Below, piece by piece: positions 16,736 to 18,478 of a stretch of DNA of 18,478 bases. Under the pieces are notes generated by a model. It saw only the letters and a program-made list of their open reading frames with translations. It was not told the DNA's origin and searched no databases. Both the position numbers and the translations under genes were made by a program. This DNA is from a virus (Duplodnaviria > Heunggongvirae > Uroviricota > Caudoviricetes). Positions within the stretch are counted from its first letter, which is position 1; every line of letters begins with the position of its first letter. Location: the IMG/VR virus record IMGVR_UViG_2802429220_000018, positions 1 to 18,478 of that record. One strand, written 5' to 3'.

Positions 16736-18478
16736 TCATAATTTGTTAATGGCAATTTTAACTGTTCTGTTTAGATCGTATATGGCTCCAAATTTAAAGC
16801 TTTCTTTATAGGAAAGGCAAAAAATATCAAGTTTTTGACTAAGATAAATAAGTTTGTTTTTTTCATTAGTGGCGAATTGTTTTATGTTGCTGATTTGATA
16901 GTTGCTACGCAAGAAAGAACTAAATTGCTCAATATCATTAACTGCCCAATTCTTTAAAACGCATTTTGTTACAAATGATACACCTAGTACTTCAAGCGGC
17001 TTATAATTTCCGAATGGATCTAAAGTGGTTAATTGGTTAGCATTGAATGATGCCCAGCCATTCAATTCTAATTGCAACTTAATAGTGTTGAGTTCACGCA
17101 TTTTGATCGTGCTTTCATAACGGTAAAATGAAATTGAGTACAGCAATTTGCTATCTTCAAAACCACTATTTAAGCTATTTTTTCTATCAAGTGAGTATAG
17201 CTCAAAGCATTCTGCAACTTCATTGTCAGTGAATCCGTTCAGAATCGAAGTGACAAACTTTAGAGTTATAATTGGTGATTTTGGTAGGTATTTATGTGTG
17301 GTTAAATACTCATAATTCTGAAACGCTTTTATCCATTCATAGAAATTACAGTCAATCTTACGGCAAATTAAGTCGACAAGTGTATTTGAAAGTTCCTTTT
17401 CATTTATCTCATGTAATTCTGGACGTGCTGATATTGCAATTTCTCTCATAGTAAGCCGTTTTGCTTCATAAAACAAAACATCCAATATGTCATTTAATGA
17501 AGCTTGTCCGCTATAATACCTTTTAATCTCAGGTTTTATTTTGTAATTATTCAATGCTAACCATAGCACTCTCTCACTATCACTTGATTTCTCGGTGTTT
17601 AATAAAAAAGTTGGATCTTTGTCCTTGAGAAGATCCTCAAGAGAGTGATTATGCAAAAATAATAAAATGAAGAAAGAGCATATTGAGTTTAAAAGAATTG
17701 TTGATGGTATTCGCCAAGAAAGATGAGGATATGATTTAACGTATTCATATAATGGCGTAACTGTGTCCAAAATACGCATCAAAATACGGATGTTAACTAT
17801 GTTGTTATTTTTTACTATATCCTCAAAGAGAATTTTATCTTCCTGTGGGAATTGGGAAAGCTTTCCATTTATTATATCTATATCCAATATTTCCTCTGGA
17901 TGCGGATTATAATGAAGTGTTTCTGCAATGAGTTTTTCCTTGTGTTCTATTTTTAAACCAGACTCAGTTGATGTATTGGTAATAATAATAAAGTCTAAAT
18001 TTGAGTTCATCTCGGACATATAAAGAGAATGGCAATATGTCAAAATTTCACTAACTAATGATTTTTCGGATATTCTCTCTATATCATCCAATATAAAAAT
18101 ACCATCCAGTTTTGATAAAATGTTTTCTCTAACACTTGCACCAATAGAATTAAACATGCTGTTAATAATATTGGCACTTGCAGGTGAGCCGCTGGCAATG
18201 CTACCTATCCCTGATAGACTTTCGAGCCCGGATTTAAATGTTTGTATATCTTGCAGGTAGTAACAATCTATAATTTTAGCTTTGAAATCTGATAAGGATT
18301 TAATACCTAGTAAAGAAATATAATAGAAAATGTTTTTATCATAGTACTTGGGGAATTTTTTTCTGATAAAGTGAGTCTTTCCTGTGCCCCAGCTCCCATC
18401 AAGCAAAATCAGACCATCTCTTTTTTGTGAAAGTAGATGTATTATTTTTATAATAAGATTGCTGTTAGAGTATTTCAT
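16736..18478 (-). CDS. KAP-family P-loop NTPase (580 aa); AT-rich, likely horizontally acquired cargo; start codon at the last window base
   Basis: Minus-strand ORF with ATG at 18476-18478 and TGA at 16736-16738. Walker A in the KAP form GSWGTGKT (residues 28-35, LLDGSWGTGKTHF); Walker B-like IFILDDIER (compare the KAP DDLDR motif). The DNA is strongly AT-rich compared with the tail genes. Confidence 0.7.
   Translation of the reverse strand: MKYSNSNLIIKIIHLLSQKRDGLILLDGSWGTGKTHFIRKKFPKYYDKNIFYYISLLGIKSLSDFKAKIIDCYYLQDIQTFKSGLESLSGIGSIASGSPASANIINSMFNSIGASVRENILSKLDGIFILDDIERISEKSLVSEILTYCHSLYMSEMNSNLDFIIITNTSTESGLKIEHKEKLIAETLHYNPHPEEILDIDIINGKLSQFPQEDKILFEDIVKNNNIVNIRILMRILDTVTPLYEYVKSYPHLSWRIPSTILLNSICSFFILLFLHNHSLEDLLKDKDPTFLLNTEKSSDSERVLWLALNNYKIKPEIKRYYSGQASLNDILDVLFYEAKRLTMREIAISARPELHEINEKELSNTLVDLICRKIDCNFYEWIKAFQNYEYLTTHKYLPKSPIITLKFVTSILNGFTDNEVAECFELYSLDRKNSLNSGFEDSKLLYSISFYRYESTIKMRELNTIKLQLELNGWASFNANQLTTLDPFGNYKPLEVLGVSFVTKCVLKNWAVNDIEQFSSFLRSNYQISNIKQFATNEKNKLIYLSQKLDIFCLSYKESFKFGAIYDLNRTVKIAINKL

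Overview
This window is a lambda-like prophage tail-morphogenesis block with non-lambda material at both ends. All calls rest on reading the supplied ORF translations and the DNA by eye, and on recalled protein families; no search was run. The core (1514-14587, + strand) is the lambda tail gene order V-G-T-H-M-L-K-I-J-lom-stf, with lambda-like overlaps (H/M, M/L, K/I), the G-T -1 frameshift site and rho-independent terminators after J and lom. Upstream, a Mu-type com-mom DNA-modification module (462-1314) sits where lambda Z and U belong, leaving only the 3' ~40 codons of U (1387-1506). Downstream of a repeat-rich, non-lambda side tail fibre there is no recognisable tfa; instead there are a small acidic protein, a short fibre-like protein with a C-terminal self-cleaving chaperone (Peptidase_S74-type) domain, and a small membrane protein. 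The window ends in a strongly AT-rich segment carrying a minus-strand KAP-family P-loop NTPase gene that starts at the last base. The most interesting candidates are the com-mom module with its Dam-site palindrome and the KAP NTPase cargo gene, a possible anti-phage defence component whose partners may lie beyond the window.
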